53,640 nt of DNA from Hydrurus foetidus (Eukaryota): the NCBI GenBank assembly GCA_900617105.1, contig UYFQ01000754.1, positions 1 to 53,640 of the forward strand, in the 5' to 3' direction. The notes below the pieces were generated by a model. It did no database searches. It saw nothing but the letters and a program-made list of their open reading frames with translations, and was not told where the DNA came from. A program made the translations under genes and the position numbers. Shown in pieces: positions 24,210-36,208 of the stretch (its first letter is position 1; every line of letters starts with the position of its first letter).

Positions 24210-25067
24210 TAGGCACCAGCTAAGCGGAGAAAGTAGGAAGTAGGATCTCATCCACTGGACTGAACTACATTTCACTTGACTTGAGTTATCTTATCTAGTT
24301 CTGTTCTGTTGTGTTGTGACGAATGATGTCATTGGCAGCATAGTGAAATCAACAGCATTAATATGAAGAGAGAGACGAAGGAGAGCAAGCGAAGGAGGGA
24401 GGGTTGACGGCATCGTCACGCATCACATCACATCTCACTGGCGCATCTAGGCCACAGCAGATGAAAGAGAGGCGACATAGATTGCAGTCACACAGACTCT
24501 CAGCCGACGTACAGTCAATATCTACACCTCAGTGCCGGTGACCATCCTAATCTCGTGAAGAATTCTGCAGCAGCTCAGCAGTGACACGGTCAATTATGCC
24601 GGAGGCAAATAATTTTGCTGGTGGCTAATTATGCCGTTACGGTCAGCTCCAATCCGGTTGACACGAAGGCTTGATTGATCATTAACAATTTGTTCTTATG
24701 CTGAATGCTAATTAACACTACACGTGTCTCACTCTCTTCTCTTTTCGATGTCGCACATATGAGAGTGAGACAGGAGGAATCACAACGAGACACACACTGT
24801 TACATTGGGGTGGGCTTGCGGAGTAGAGTACGAAGAGGAAGATGGCGTGCTATAAAGGCTGCGTTCATCTGTACATACGTGCATATGCGTGTATCGTGTT
24901 TGTTGATTTTACGCAATCGTCTTAGCGAAGTGATTCGATCTTGTCTGACTTCATCTTATGCGCATACGGTACTCATCACCAGTCCATGTACCCACGTATT
25001 CTCAAATGCATCTGCACTATTGCATGCAACAGCGTTCATCTCGCAAGGGAGAAAAGAGTAAAGAAGA

Positions 25068-28000
25068 TCAGAAAGAGGGAGGAGAAGAAGAGTGAGACAG
25101 AGTGCTGTGGAATATTACTGGGTCACTCGTTACAATTTCAATAAGATCATGCCCCTCCTGCAAAAATAAAGGAAAACAGAAAGTCAGATAAAGACGAGGA
25201 GGGAGGAGACTATATGGGATAATGACGAAGATTAAAAATATGCTACTCTCCCCGGCATTATATAACCAAAGATTTCGACGAAACTCAACAAGGTCGAAGA
25301 GAAGTCAGTAAGAAATCTTTGATGGACTGAATGCACGCGTTTATCGCTGATCTGCCTACTTCAATGCAGGAACCACAACTATAAACGACATTATGCACAC
25401 TCTTACAGATAGCGCGCATTGCTGTTCGTAGGCGTGGGTCCCACATCAAATTAAAGTGTATCAAATCAGCAATAAGCCACGTGCCTTGAACTGTCACTAC
25501 TTCCTTTTCTACCTTTATTCTGTTTGAGGAGGAGACTAGACCACCCATCTCCAGCGAGTGATTAGAGAGGTCCCACTCCAATCCCTTTCAAGTTGAACAG
25601 AACAGAACAGAACAGAACAGAAAGACGACTGGGTGTCAGTTTTAGTATTAGTGGGGGAGAGGTATAGAGGGGCGCCAATTCGGAGAAACGAGGAAGAAGA
25701 GATAATTTTACGAGAGATAATCAGAGATAGAAGTCCAAACTATAGAGGAACGTGTTTTATGTTTTATGAACATCAAACCAACAGATGATTTGGTTGAGTG
25801 ATACTTGATCAAAACATGAGACTACATCATCGCATCTCATCTCATCAGTGGAATCGACTTCAATTGTATCAAATATAATATAATAGAACAGAACAGAACA
25901 GAACAGAACAGTATTAGAGTGACCTGTGACGAGATGTCTCTGACTTTACCCCAAAGGGGGAGCAGAGATACCCCAGGGCCTTCCATTCCTTTTACCAGTC
26001 TGATCCTGTGCTTTCCAGGAGTGAGAAGATAAGCGACGTTCTCCCCACCTAGTGCGAACATGTGCACGTATGTATCAATATTTGCACAACATAAACATTA
26101 ACAATACAAGTCGTGCAGTGCAGTGAAGTTCGATGCGGTGCAATACTAAAATATGTAATACAGTGCAATATAGTACTGATTATCTGCAATCGCTCCTTGC
26201 TACTCGTCGATGCCGACAGTACTAGAATGAAACGAGTTTGAAGTGACACTCTTGACTATATATAATGTGTATTTTTGAAAACTGAAATCAATTGACATAT
26301 CGACACAGCAATCTAACAAAATCAATCTGCATAGAAAGATTATTAGGGACGAATACAAGGTATTAGATGTTATTGCGTAGTTTACCAACGAGTACGAGTC
26401 TTCTTGAGGGTGAGTGCCATTTGAAGAGAGCGTGAATGTTGGCCACTTCTTGATCTAGCCTCCCTCCGAATCCACCAACAATTATCACATCCGCTGGCTG
26501 GATAGAGGAATAGAGAGGGAGTGAGATAGAGGAGAGAAATTGAGAGGAGTGATGAGAAAGGTGTGGGGTGTGGGGTGAGTGGTGGGGTGTGAGAGGGAGC
26601 GATGAGATGGGTGTGGAGTGATTGGTGATGTGTGAGTAGGATCGGCGCTGCGAGTGCTGCGATCCAACAATGCAGAGAGCAATGCCACGCAGGGCAACAC
26701 AGCACAATGCGAAGTGGTTTGGTGCATTGTGATACAACATCACGTAAAACGGTATACTTTATCACAACGTAGTGTAACTACGTAACACACTGTCTCATGC
26801 CATCTAATCCAATGTGATGCCATGTAATGCATGAAATAAGATGGGATGGAATGAGATGGGGTAATGTGCAGTGGTGTGAATAGGAGTATAAGATAAAAAA
26901 GAGCGGGACAGTGTAGTACAGTGTAATATTGGTGATGCGACATGACCAACACAAAATGAGATGTGATACAGATAAGGATGGGATATCGTAATTTGAAGTG
27001 AGACTGGACAGGATGACGGCGAATCACATGGTAGGGTATTTTCTATTTTCCCTACGGAAAAGAAGCAAGAAAGTGCCCCTCTCACCGCACCTTATCTGTT
27101 CCTGTGTTATGATCTCTCCACCTGTCACTAACCGCCACCATGCATTTGTCCAAATCGTTGTGATCCTGATTTTCGTCTCGAATGACGTCACAGCCCTTAG
27201 ACCTTCCAGGTAGAATTCAACAGACAAAATCAGACAGAGTTCTATACATGAAAGTTTGTGAAATAATCCGATAAAACAGGAAGTGGCGGTACTTAATGAA
27301 GGACGTAGTGAGCTGTATACATTATTGATGAGGATCATATAGGAGCATATCTTTGAACCTGTAGAAGTCTCTCACATCGTTTCGCAAAGAATCCAAATCA
27401 CCTTTTATAGCATCTATTTAACGATACGTATATCCTCTTAAATTACTTGAAAGACAGCTAATAATATTATGTGATGAATTGTGCTGTTCAGAATGAGATG
27501 CCGAGCAAGCTCAAGAGGGGCCATTTGTAATTCCAAAAAGAGTTCACAAGCGTATAAAAAATACTCGAGTAGAGAGCATTTAGATTTAAAGAATTAAGCT
27601 GGCGCGGAGCCAATCCGTTGTCTACGGTCCATGGAGAGTTGTTTCAAAGCACAGGAGAAGCAATTTTACGCAATCAAATATGGCACACAAGAATTGAGAA
27701 ACATAATGGTCATGGAGTCATGTTCTCACTCGCAGAGCTTTTTCGCCAGTCAGTAAGAGATTATTGCAGCTGCTCTACGTTATGAGACTTTCACGCGTTA
27801 GATTTGAACTTACAGAACAGACATCTAAGTAACATCCATCAATAGGCTGTAAGTGTAGAAAAAATTACACATCAAATTATGCAGCAGCCTTCAGAACGAT
27901 CCCAGAGCGGTTGCAATATATAAGCTCTCTCCCTGACCTGGTATAAACTGATCAGTTTCAGTGGAGAGCAGCCCGTCAAACAGTCTGTTGGCACCACCGT

Positions 28001-28295
28001 CAGCACAAATTTTGTGATCGCAGTATTTCCAAACGTGTTTTACAAGCTGGATATCCATCGTTGCAGAGTTGATCATTACCAATGACCGATTACGAATGGA
28101 AGCTGCAGTAAAAAGGCCAACATCACACTCAATGTGGAGGAAGTCATTATAGTGGTTGGTAATGACATCATCTGGGGAAGGAAGTGATGACGGTTGCTGA
28201 TTCGCCGAGATAGACATTATCCTTGAAATGATTGATTGCTGGTTCAGAGGATAGCGAATACAATTGTGCATGTACACTGCCCTGAATGCTCTCAT
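25068..28295 (-). CDS. TPK1: Thiamine pyrophosphokinase, about 7 exons (start codon uncertain)
   Basis: Exons give ICADGGANRLFD, FIP|DAIKGDLDSLR (27413-27359), DENQDHNDLDKC, IVGGFGGRLDQEVANIHAL, GGENVAYLL..GKHRI, GLEWDL...MGGLVSSSNRIK and a last exon EGHDLIEIVTSDPVIF...stop (25157-25068), with GT-AG borders. Confidence 0.92.
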
Positions 28296-28407
28296 ACTGC
28301 ATGGTGCATAGCGCCCTCGGAGACTCTTGCTCGTCTTCTAAATATTTCACAAGTCACAAGTCACAAGTCACAACCCAATGCCACAGCTCACTGCACACTG
28401 CGCACTG

Positions 28408-28737
28408 TGTTGGAGTATCCGGGAAAAGACACTTCAGCTGTTGTGTGTGTGTGTGTGTGGATCCCGACGGACAGCGGCGTGTACCCTTGGGGTAGTGGCC
28501 GGGACCCCGTTGGTTGCTTGATCTTTACAGACTCTGTCTGTTAAAGATACCCTGATTTGACTGATGCGTGCTTCGATCTTGATGATTGTAAAAGACTGTG
28601 TTGCCGTCATCGCATGGATGGCAACACAAGTTTAATTATCAAGTGATTAAACAGAGGTCTTATTTCACGAGTCTTGGGTCCTAACTCGACTTACGCGGAG
28701 TCACTGAATCCCCCCCGGATTCACCGAAATCCCAACA
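28408..28737 (+). repeat. Copia 5' LTR
   Basis: TG...CA, direct repeat of 33705-34034, contains a (TG)n tract. Confidence 0.97.
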
Positions 28738-28764
28738 TAATTAAACTTGAACCAGCGCATTGAG

Positions 28765-31700
28765 ATGCCGCCGAAGAAAGAAGAACCCAAAAGTGCAAGA
28801 GAGCCTTGCATTTTGAAGATGGGGCGCCAGAACAACGTGATGCAATGGAAGGAAGAAATGCAAGACGAAGCATGCAGTTTATACGGCATGACCGGCATGT
28901 TCTTCAGCACCGATGAAAGCCACTTCATACCGTATCCTCGCGAGGAGGATTACATTCCAAGACCTCCACCTCCTGTTAGAGACGAGGAGGAGACTGACGA
29001 CGACGAGTCAGTAGAGGAGGTCGTAGTGGGACCTGCACCTGCACCTGCACCTGCACCTGCACCTGTAGCTGCACCTGTCCCGTTCACAGCTGCATTCCTG
29101 GAGAGATTGAGAGCCAATGCGTTTGAAGGACGCAGGAAGCTAGTCGAAGCGCAAAAGATCGACGAACAAAAGTTGTTCCCACTGATGTTGTCACGGATGT
29201 CGACCGCGTCTAAGTCCAAGGTTCGGGAGGAACCAGGGTACGAGTCTGCGAGGATGCGACTCGACAGTGTCAAACTTTGGGAGTTCATCAAACGCAGTCA
29301 TCTCACGCACGTCTATGGTGAGGACGACTCTATGCGTGCGGTGAACGTTCACGAACAGACAATCAGGTACAACTACCTTCGTCAGGGTGAGCGTGAGTTC
29401 ATAGGTGAGTTTAAGACCAGATTCGACAATCAACTGGCAGCGAATAGAGGAGTCGGTATGGAGGATGTCGAAGAGTCAATTAGGGCAATCGAGTTCTTAA
29501 GCAGACTAGACCCGAAAAGGTATACATGTATGCTCACCGTGATGCGTAACAATGCTGTACAAAACTTGCCGAATAGCTACCCTTCTACCTTAGCCGGAGC
29601 GTACAGGATAGCTGCGTCCTGGACGAACGCGAACGGAGCCGTCCCCCTCGGCGCCGAGCAACATTCCGCGTTTTTGACCGATTTGGCAATGACGACGAAG
29701 GAAAAAGGTCCACGAAAGAAAGTTCATGGGAAGGGGGTTCCAACGAAAAAGAAACCACTTTCATCCGTGATATGTTTCGTATGTGGCGGAGCCGGACACT
29801 ACGCGCGCGACTGCCCGAATCGCAAAAGCGAAGATCAAGTACTCTATGCAGACACAGAAGAGGATGTCGATGAGGACGATAGGACCGTTGAGACGGCTTT
29901 CGTAGCCTCGAACGAGGTGGTGCTCTTCGCCAGGAGCCACGTCCTGCTTGACAACCAGGCGTCCGTCAACGTGTTCTGTAACGCGGACCTGCTTACCGAC
30001 ATTCGTCGCTCCAAGCATGGGATCCTGCTCAATGGAGTCCAGGCTGAGGCTGAAGCAGTCAGAGTCAATCTGGAAGGAGACTTCGGGGAAGTCGGGCCAG
30101 TGTATTACAGTCAGCTCGCCACGGCGAACATCCTGTCCTTCGCAGCAATGGTCGACAGTGGAGCTGAGATTCGGTACAGCCAGTCGGATGAAAGGTTCAC
30201 CCTGAAGCCGAGGGGCAGCCGAAACATCTACAGCTTTTGTAGGAGACCTGTCAGAGGCTCGGAAGGGAGATTCTACGTCTGTGACGTCGACTCTATGGTG
30301 AAGAGAGTGCCGACAAAGCACAGCGAGGAAACGGTGCTTGTCAACACCGTCAGCGACAACATGACACGGTTCACCAAGCGTGAAATTGCTTCAGCTGCGA
30401 AGGCGAGGGAGCTTCTAGCACGGATGGGATACCCACCCGTAGAGATGGCGATCGCCATGCTGCGCGGGGGGAACAACTTCACGGTCACCGAGAACGATTT
30501 CAGGATAGCTCATTCTATCTGGGGGAAATGTCTCGCCAGCCTGAAGGGCAAATCTCACAAGATGAAGACGCCCATAGCCGACATCACGCTATGCGCTCCA
30601 TTAGCACAAAAGCAACAGGTTTTGGCTGTGGACATTGCCTACATAGACAACACAGCGGTACTTATCGGGGTTGCCACCCCTCTGGACCTCACCCTCTCTA
30701 ACAGTCTCATACGCTTTGACTCCACTAAACCCTCTCGATCTGCGCCCGTGATAAAGGCTGCATTAGAAGAAATGATATCCACTCTCACTTCTAGGAGCTT
30801 CTCAGTCAAAGTCATCATGAGCGACGGCGAAGGTGCCGTCGGCAAAATCACGCCCAATCTCAGGGCGCTGGGTATCGAGGTGGACATCAGTGCAGCGGGT
30901 GGCCATGTGGCTAGAATCGAGCGCCGGATTCAGATGGTCAAAGAACGATGCAGGGCACACATCTGCGGACGACTTCCCTTCACTTTAACTGACTTGGGTA
31001 ACACTATGCTTGTCCTATATTGCGTCTCACGTATCAACTGTCAGCAATCAGGATCAAGGCCCGGGGGTCTTTCGCCGCGAGAACTTTTTTCCGGACGGCG
31101 GGTTGACGGGACCCTGGACTTTCGCGCCGCCTTTGGGGACTATGCTGTGTGCACCGTGCCCAACACCAATAACACGATGGATTCGCGCACCGAAGACTGC
31201 ATCGTCATGGGGCCCAATCACAACCGCACCGGAAGCTACAAAATGATGTCGCTCGTGTCTGGACGGATCGTATCAAGGGACAACTTCAAGATCCTCCCCA
31301 TGCCGCAGTCCGTCATCCAGACGTTGAACTCATGGGCACTACGAGAAGGGAAGAAAATTACCCGTACTAAAGTGCATGTATTCGATGAATTGCTGTTTGG
31401 AAATCATGTCGACAAATCTAATATGCCACAATTCATTACCAACCCCCCCACCCAGGATGGCGTTGTCGACATCCAGATGGGGACTCAGTCGACTGGACCT
31501 CAACCTCAACCCGCCATAGCCGACCTTCCTCACGCCGACAACGTCATCGAGCTGCCATATTCCGAAGTGGGGGGGGGTACCTGGAGTACTGGACCTTGGG
31601 ATCAAGGCACCTCAAGTGGACGATGTCGCCCTACCCATCGAAACTCCTGACGCACTCAGTCCACCGCATATCCACCTGGGGGATCCTTCCCAACCGGTCG

Positions 31701-33582
31701 ATGTACGACATCCACCACCACCACCGATGACAACTGACCTCATCGGAGCTGTACTAAGCGGGTCAGACAGCGCAGCGGCAAGCGGCGCACTACCACCGTC
31801 ACCTCCTCCTCGAGTCATTGAGTTCTTTCGCACCGGAGAAGGAGCATTCGTCACGACGAATACGAGCGTACGTACTACAGCCGCTGGATCAGCGACCATC
31901 CTACACAGCATCGAGGAAGTGCTGAAGCGACACGTGCTCGAGACGAGCAGAAACGACACCGCCAACATCAGTGTGAGGGAGGCACTGCGCACTCGGGGTG
32001 CAGAGGCAAACAAAGTGATCACCCAAGAACTCAAGCAGATGCTTGACAGGAGAGTGTGGGTGCCCATCGAGGGTGCGAAGCTCACCGCGTCGCAGCGATC
32101 AGCGGTGATCCGATCATCCATGTTCCTCAAGCGCAAGAACAATCCCGACGGAACATTCCTCAAGCTCAAGGCGAGGCTCGTAGCTGGGGGGGATCAACAA
32201 GACAAGGGTCTGTACGACGACCTCTCATCGCCCACGGTCTCAACCAGTGCGGTGTTCACACTGCTAGCAGTGGCAGCCCACGAGAACCGACGAGTAGCAG
32301 TGGTGGACATCAGCGGAGCATACCTCAACGCCTACATGACCAAGGGTGTAGCGGTCCACATGAGACTCGACCGCACGATGACTGGCTTCATTACCAACAT
32401 CGATCCCAGCTACAAGAAGCACGTGGATGCGGGTGGAGGGATCATAGTGCTACTCAAGAAAGCACTCTACGGGTGCGTGGAGAGTGCTGGCCTCTGGTAC
32501 GACAACCTCAAAGACTCCATGAGTGCACTAGGGTACACGAGAAACGCGTGCGACCGGTGCGTATTCAACCGGATCGGACCGGATGGAGTCCAATGCACTG
32601 CGGCCGTACACGTAGACGACTTGCTCATCACGAGCAAGAGCAAATCCCTGATGACTCACCTAGTCGAAGGGCTGCGCAATAGGTATGGTGAAATCACACT
32701 TACCTACGGTCCCATTGTTAACTACCTCGGAATGCGTATAGATCTATCCATACCAGGGCGTGCGGAGATCACCATGCAAGGATACTCGGACGAGGTCGTG
32801 TCCACATCAGGGGTGCTCGGGACAGCGCGATCACCCGCAACCGACGGGCTATTCGAGACAAGAGAGGGCGCTGAGCTAGCAGGGGAGGCAGCTAGAGTGT
32901 GGTTCCACAAAGCTGTCGCCATGGTCCTATACCTCGCCAAGCGCACCAAGCCCGAGTGCCTCACCGCTGTGTCGTACCTCACCACGCGAGTGACCAAGTG
33001 CACGGTGGACGATCTCGACAAGCTGCAGCGTCTCATTAGATACATCAGAGCAACCCGGGACCATGGACTGGTACTGATGCCGGGTGCAGGTGGGATCACT
33101 GTGAAGCTATACGTGGACGCATCCTACGGAGTCCACCACGATGGGAAGTCCCACACTGGGAGCTGCATAGTGATCGGAGACATCGGAGCGGTGCACTGTA
33201 GGTCGAGCAAGCAGCTCATCGTCACCAAGTCGAGCACCGAGGCGGAGTTAGTGGGACTCTCCGACTCGGCCAACCAGGGCCTATTCATCCGTACTTTTCT
33301 TATCGCACAGGGATACCACATGCCGGCGATGACGATCCTACAGGACAACCAGTCCTGCATGGCGCTCATAGCGAGGGGCGATCAGGAGCGGAGCGCACAA
33401 GACACATCCAGATCCGCTACTTCTGGGTCAAGGAGCGGGTGGACAAGGGCGAGGCGAAGATCGAGTACTTACGCTCGGAGGACATGTACGCCAACGTACT
33501 TACCAAGCCGCTCCAGGGTGCACAGTTCGTGCGAGAGAGAGGGTGCCTCACGGGATGGGCACAAGAGACAGCGAGCAATTGA
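28765..33582 (+). CDS. Copia gag-pol polyprotein with two 1-nt frameshifts in G-runs (about 31570 and 33377)
   Basis: CFVCGGAGHYARDC knuckle; LLDNQAS protease; AVDIAY/SDGEG/HVARIER integrase; KARLVAGG, DISGAYLNA, KALYG, HVDD RT; YVDASYG, SSTEAEL, QDNQS, then shifted RTRHIQIRYFWVKE...ANVLTKPL RNase H ending at TGA 33580-82. Confidence 0.9.
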
Positions 33583-33704
33583 GGGTGCTCAGAGAAAATC
33601 CTATTTAGCTTAGACTTACTGCGTGCAAATCAATTCACCATGACATCCTATGTTTGAAAATCAAATGCGTGATACATTAACAACTACTGTGTGCCTGTTG
33701 GGTG

Positions 33705-34034
33705 TGTTGGAGTATCCGGGAAAAGACACTTCAGCTGTTGTGTGTGTGTGTGTGTGGATCCCGACGGACAGCGGCGTGTACCCTTGGGGTAGTGGCCGGG
33801 ACCCCGTTGGTTGCGTGATCTTTACAGACTCTGTCTGTTAAAGATACCCTGATTTGACTGATGCGTGCTTCGATCTTGATGATTGTAAAAGACTGTGTTG
33901 CCGTCATCGCATGGATGGCAACACAAGTTTAATTATCAAGTGATTAAACAGAGGTCTTATTTCACGAGTCTTGGGTCCTAACTCGACTTACGCGGAGTCA
34001 CTGAATCCCCCCCGGATTCACCGAAATCCCAACA
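33705..34034 (+). repeat. Copia 3' LTR
   Basis: Copy of the 5' LTR with T>G at 33815. Confidence 0.97.
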
Positions 34035-34193
34035 CACTGCACAACCAGACCCCCGACCCGGGACCTCTGTAACACTGAAACCGTCCCTGATTTTGGTACG
34101 GCTGACGGCGGGTATCCCAGGGCCCCAGGGGGGTATCTCTATCCGGTACTGTACTGCAGCCAGTCCAGTACCCGCCCATTGGAGGAAGGCTGG
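33766..34193 (+). repeat. 428-bp direct repeat, copy 1 (269 bp of copia 3' LTR + TSD + 154 bp flank)
   Basis: Matches 40605-41032 except at 33815. Confidence 0.95.
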
Positions 34194-34904
34194 TTCTCAC
34201 TGCGATTCCGGGTACCGTTCCGCCGTGCCCCTACACCTCTTTCCCTAACTCCTCTTCTCTACCACAGTCGAGACGTTAAACTCGTACTACTTTACTCTCC
34301 CGATATTAGTTACTTTACAGTGGGTGTGCTCACGTATTCCTTGCGACCCAAGTTCCCCCTGATCCACAACGGATCCCTTAGGGGGGTCACCTTCCACCCA
34401 TTAGGCAATACGTGAACAATCAAATAACAATAACTCTGTGATAGGCATGGCTGGCTACGGGGTAAATTATATATGTGAAGACGGTATGTGCTTCCTGCTT
34501 AGTATATAATATGTGGCAGTGTGCTGGAAACGATCAGCTCTTGCGGGGGTCGACCGAATTATTTTCAGACCGCACCCAGAACAGGAACCACCCTTTTATT
34601 TTCCTACCCCTAAAAATCTTGAACGGTAACGGGCGTACCGGGCCGTCCTTCTGCGGAGAACCTGCACCAGCGTCTGCAAGCTTCCGCCAATTCTCAATTC
34701 TCACTGCGATTCCGGGTACCGTTCCGCCGTGCCCCTACACCTCTTTCCCTAACTCCTCTTCTCTACCACAGTCGAGACGTTAAACTCGTACTACTTTACT
34801 CTCCCGATATTAGTTACTTTACAGTGGGTGTGCTCACGTATTCCTTGCGACCCAAGTTCCCCCTGATCCACAACGGATCCCTTAGGGGGGTCACCTTCCA
34901 CCCA
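34194..34904. repeat. Split direct repeat block B2-A2-B1 (two 207-bp copies)
   Basis: ttctcactgcg...ccttccaccca occurs at 34194-34400 and 34698-34904, apparently identical. Confidence 0.95.
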
Positions 34905-34928
34905 ACAGCTACCGAAGGTGACTCACGA

Positions 34929-36188
34929 TCATCTCGCTGGGAGATATCGCCCTACGTGCTCGGTCGTCGGTTTAATTGAGGTACCCACCCCTGCGTTCAT
35001 GTTGCACGCTAACGGTCCGATGGCCACAGTAGAGTAGTCGTATACAGTATCAAAGACAGTTGACCCGTCAGCATAATTTCCTCGATCCCTGCGGTCATCT
35101 GCAGATGCTCCAAGCCCCCTCATCTGGGACATACCTCCTTTACGCAGGGAGTGAGAGGAGAATCTGTCCGTTGGGAAACCAGCTGCGGTTGCCATGTCCT
35201 TGACTGCACTTCTTATCATTTCGGCCGTCAACTTCTTCTTAAATATTGCTCCTCCGGGTGACTTCGCCTTGTACCGGGTAAAGATCTGATCCTCTTTCTT
35301 CAAATCTGCTCTTGATATCCATTCCACTAAGTCATCTAACCATTGTCCTTCCTCTCGACTCCTCCTGCCGATGACTTTCTTCTTACTTAGAGCACCACAT
35401 TTGTGGGACGACGCTTCGACCTCACATGCTATAATTAACGGTGCCGGCGCCACTTTCATTCTGTCAGCTAGTGCTGCACCGGGTATTACAGCCTGCAGCG
35501 CATTTCCACTTCCTCCGACCACGAAAGATAACTGCCACACTCGCACGCAGTGATCCTCAGCCGAAACCTCTGCAGAGGTGTATTCACTGACCCTGGCAAC
35601 CTGATCGAAGCCCCACATAAGACCTACGTACGTCATCCTACCATCAATGTCATTCCAATCCCAATTCCGTCCTTCCCATAGCCTAGCCCTCGCAGACATA
35701 AGCATATCCTCGCTGACTGGCAGAGTGGCTTTGCCCTTAGCGTCTCTTTTTTGATCCCTTAACTCGTCACAGGACATTCTGCAGGCGGCCCTAGCATTCA
35801 CAACGATTTGAGAGTCGAACCAGCTCACAGGTCTAAGCGCCGCAGCGAAGAAATGTCTGATTCCGGCGCTCACCGACGTAGCCTGCCTCCCCCTCATACC
35901 ACCCGTCTCGTATCTTTCTTTGAAAAACAGTGCCAGCATCACCGCTCTGTCTTTATCGCTCTCGGCCTTGTCTAGGTAGACATCTCCTTCCTCTGATCCT
36001 TGTGACATCTTCTGCACGTGGGCCACCCACGCTCTCCAGTCTGCTGTGTAACCATTCCTCGTGCCCTTTGTCACTCCTTTCGTCAAGAACTGACTAAGAC
36101 CTTCTCCTTGCGACACCGTCGCTACCCAGCCTCCGTGTTCGCCGGCTACTCTCTCCCTTAGACTAGCTGTCGGTTTCTGCACTGGCAC
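34929..36188 (-). CDS. Tyrosine recombinase
   Basis: Catalytic pattern R (ARVSEY), K (SSHK), H-x-x-R (SHSLRKGG), GNY at the H/W position, Y (FDTVY); N-terminal TRNGY..DWRAW core-binding-like motif. Confidence 0.92.
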   Translation of the reverse strand: MPVQKPTASLRERVAGEHGGWVATVSQGEGLSQFLTKGVTKGTRNGYTADWRAWVAHVQKMSQGSEEGDVYLDKAESDKDRAVMLALFFKERYETGGMRGRQATSVSAGIRHFFAAALRPVSWFDSQIVVNARAACRMSCDELRDQKRDAKGKATLPVSEDMLMSARARLWEGRNWDWNDIDGRMTYVGLMWGFDQVARVSEYTSAEVSAEDHCVRVWQLSFVVGGSGNALQAVIPGAALADRMKVAPAPLIIACEVEASSHKCGALSKKKVIGRRSREEGQWLDDLVEWISRADLKKEDQIFTRYKAKSPGGAIFKKKLTAEMIRSAVKDMATAAGFPTDRFSSHSLRKGGMSQMRGLGASADDRRDRGNYADGSTVFDTVYDYSTVAIGPLACNMNAGVGTSIKPTTEHVGRYLPAR

Positions 36189-36208
36189 TACACCTATGGA
36201 TTAGCAAG

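Larger units (their letters stand above)
28408..34034 (+). mobile_element. Ty1/copia LTR retrotransposon, very young
   Basis: 330-bp LTRs (TGTTGG...CCAACA) differing at one site that I found; 5-bp TSD CACTG at 28403-07 and 34035-39; gag-PR-IN-RT-RH order. Confidence 0.97.

Noticed and set aside
25590..27085. Low-complexity ORFs and (AGAAC)n tracts
   Set aside because: These are TPK1 intron sequence with simple repeats.
34194..34904. Hammerhead ribozyme in the split repeats
   Set aside because: No CUGANGA...GAAA core seen in the B repeats.
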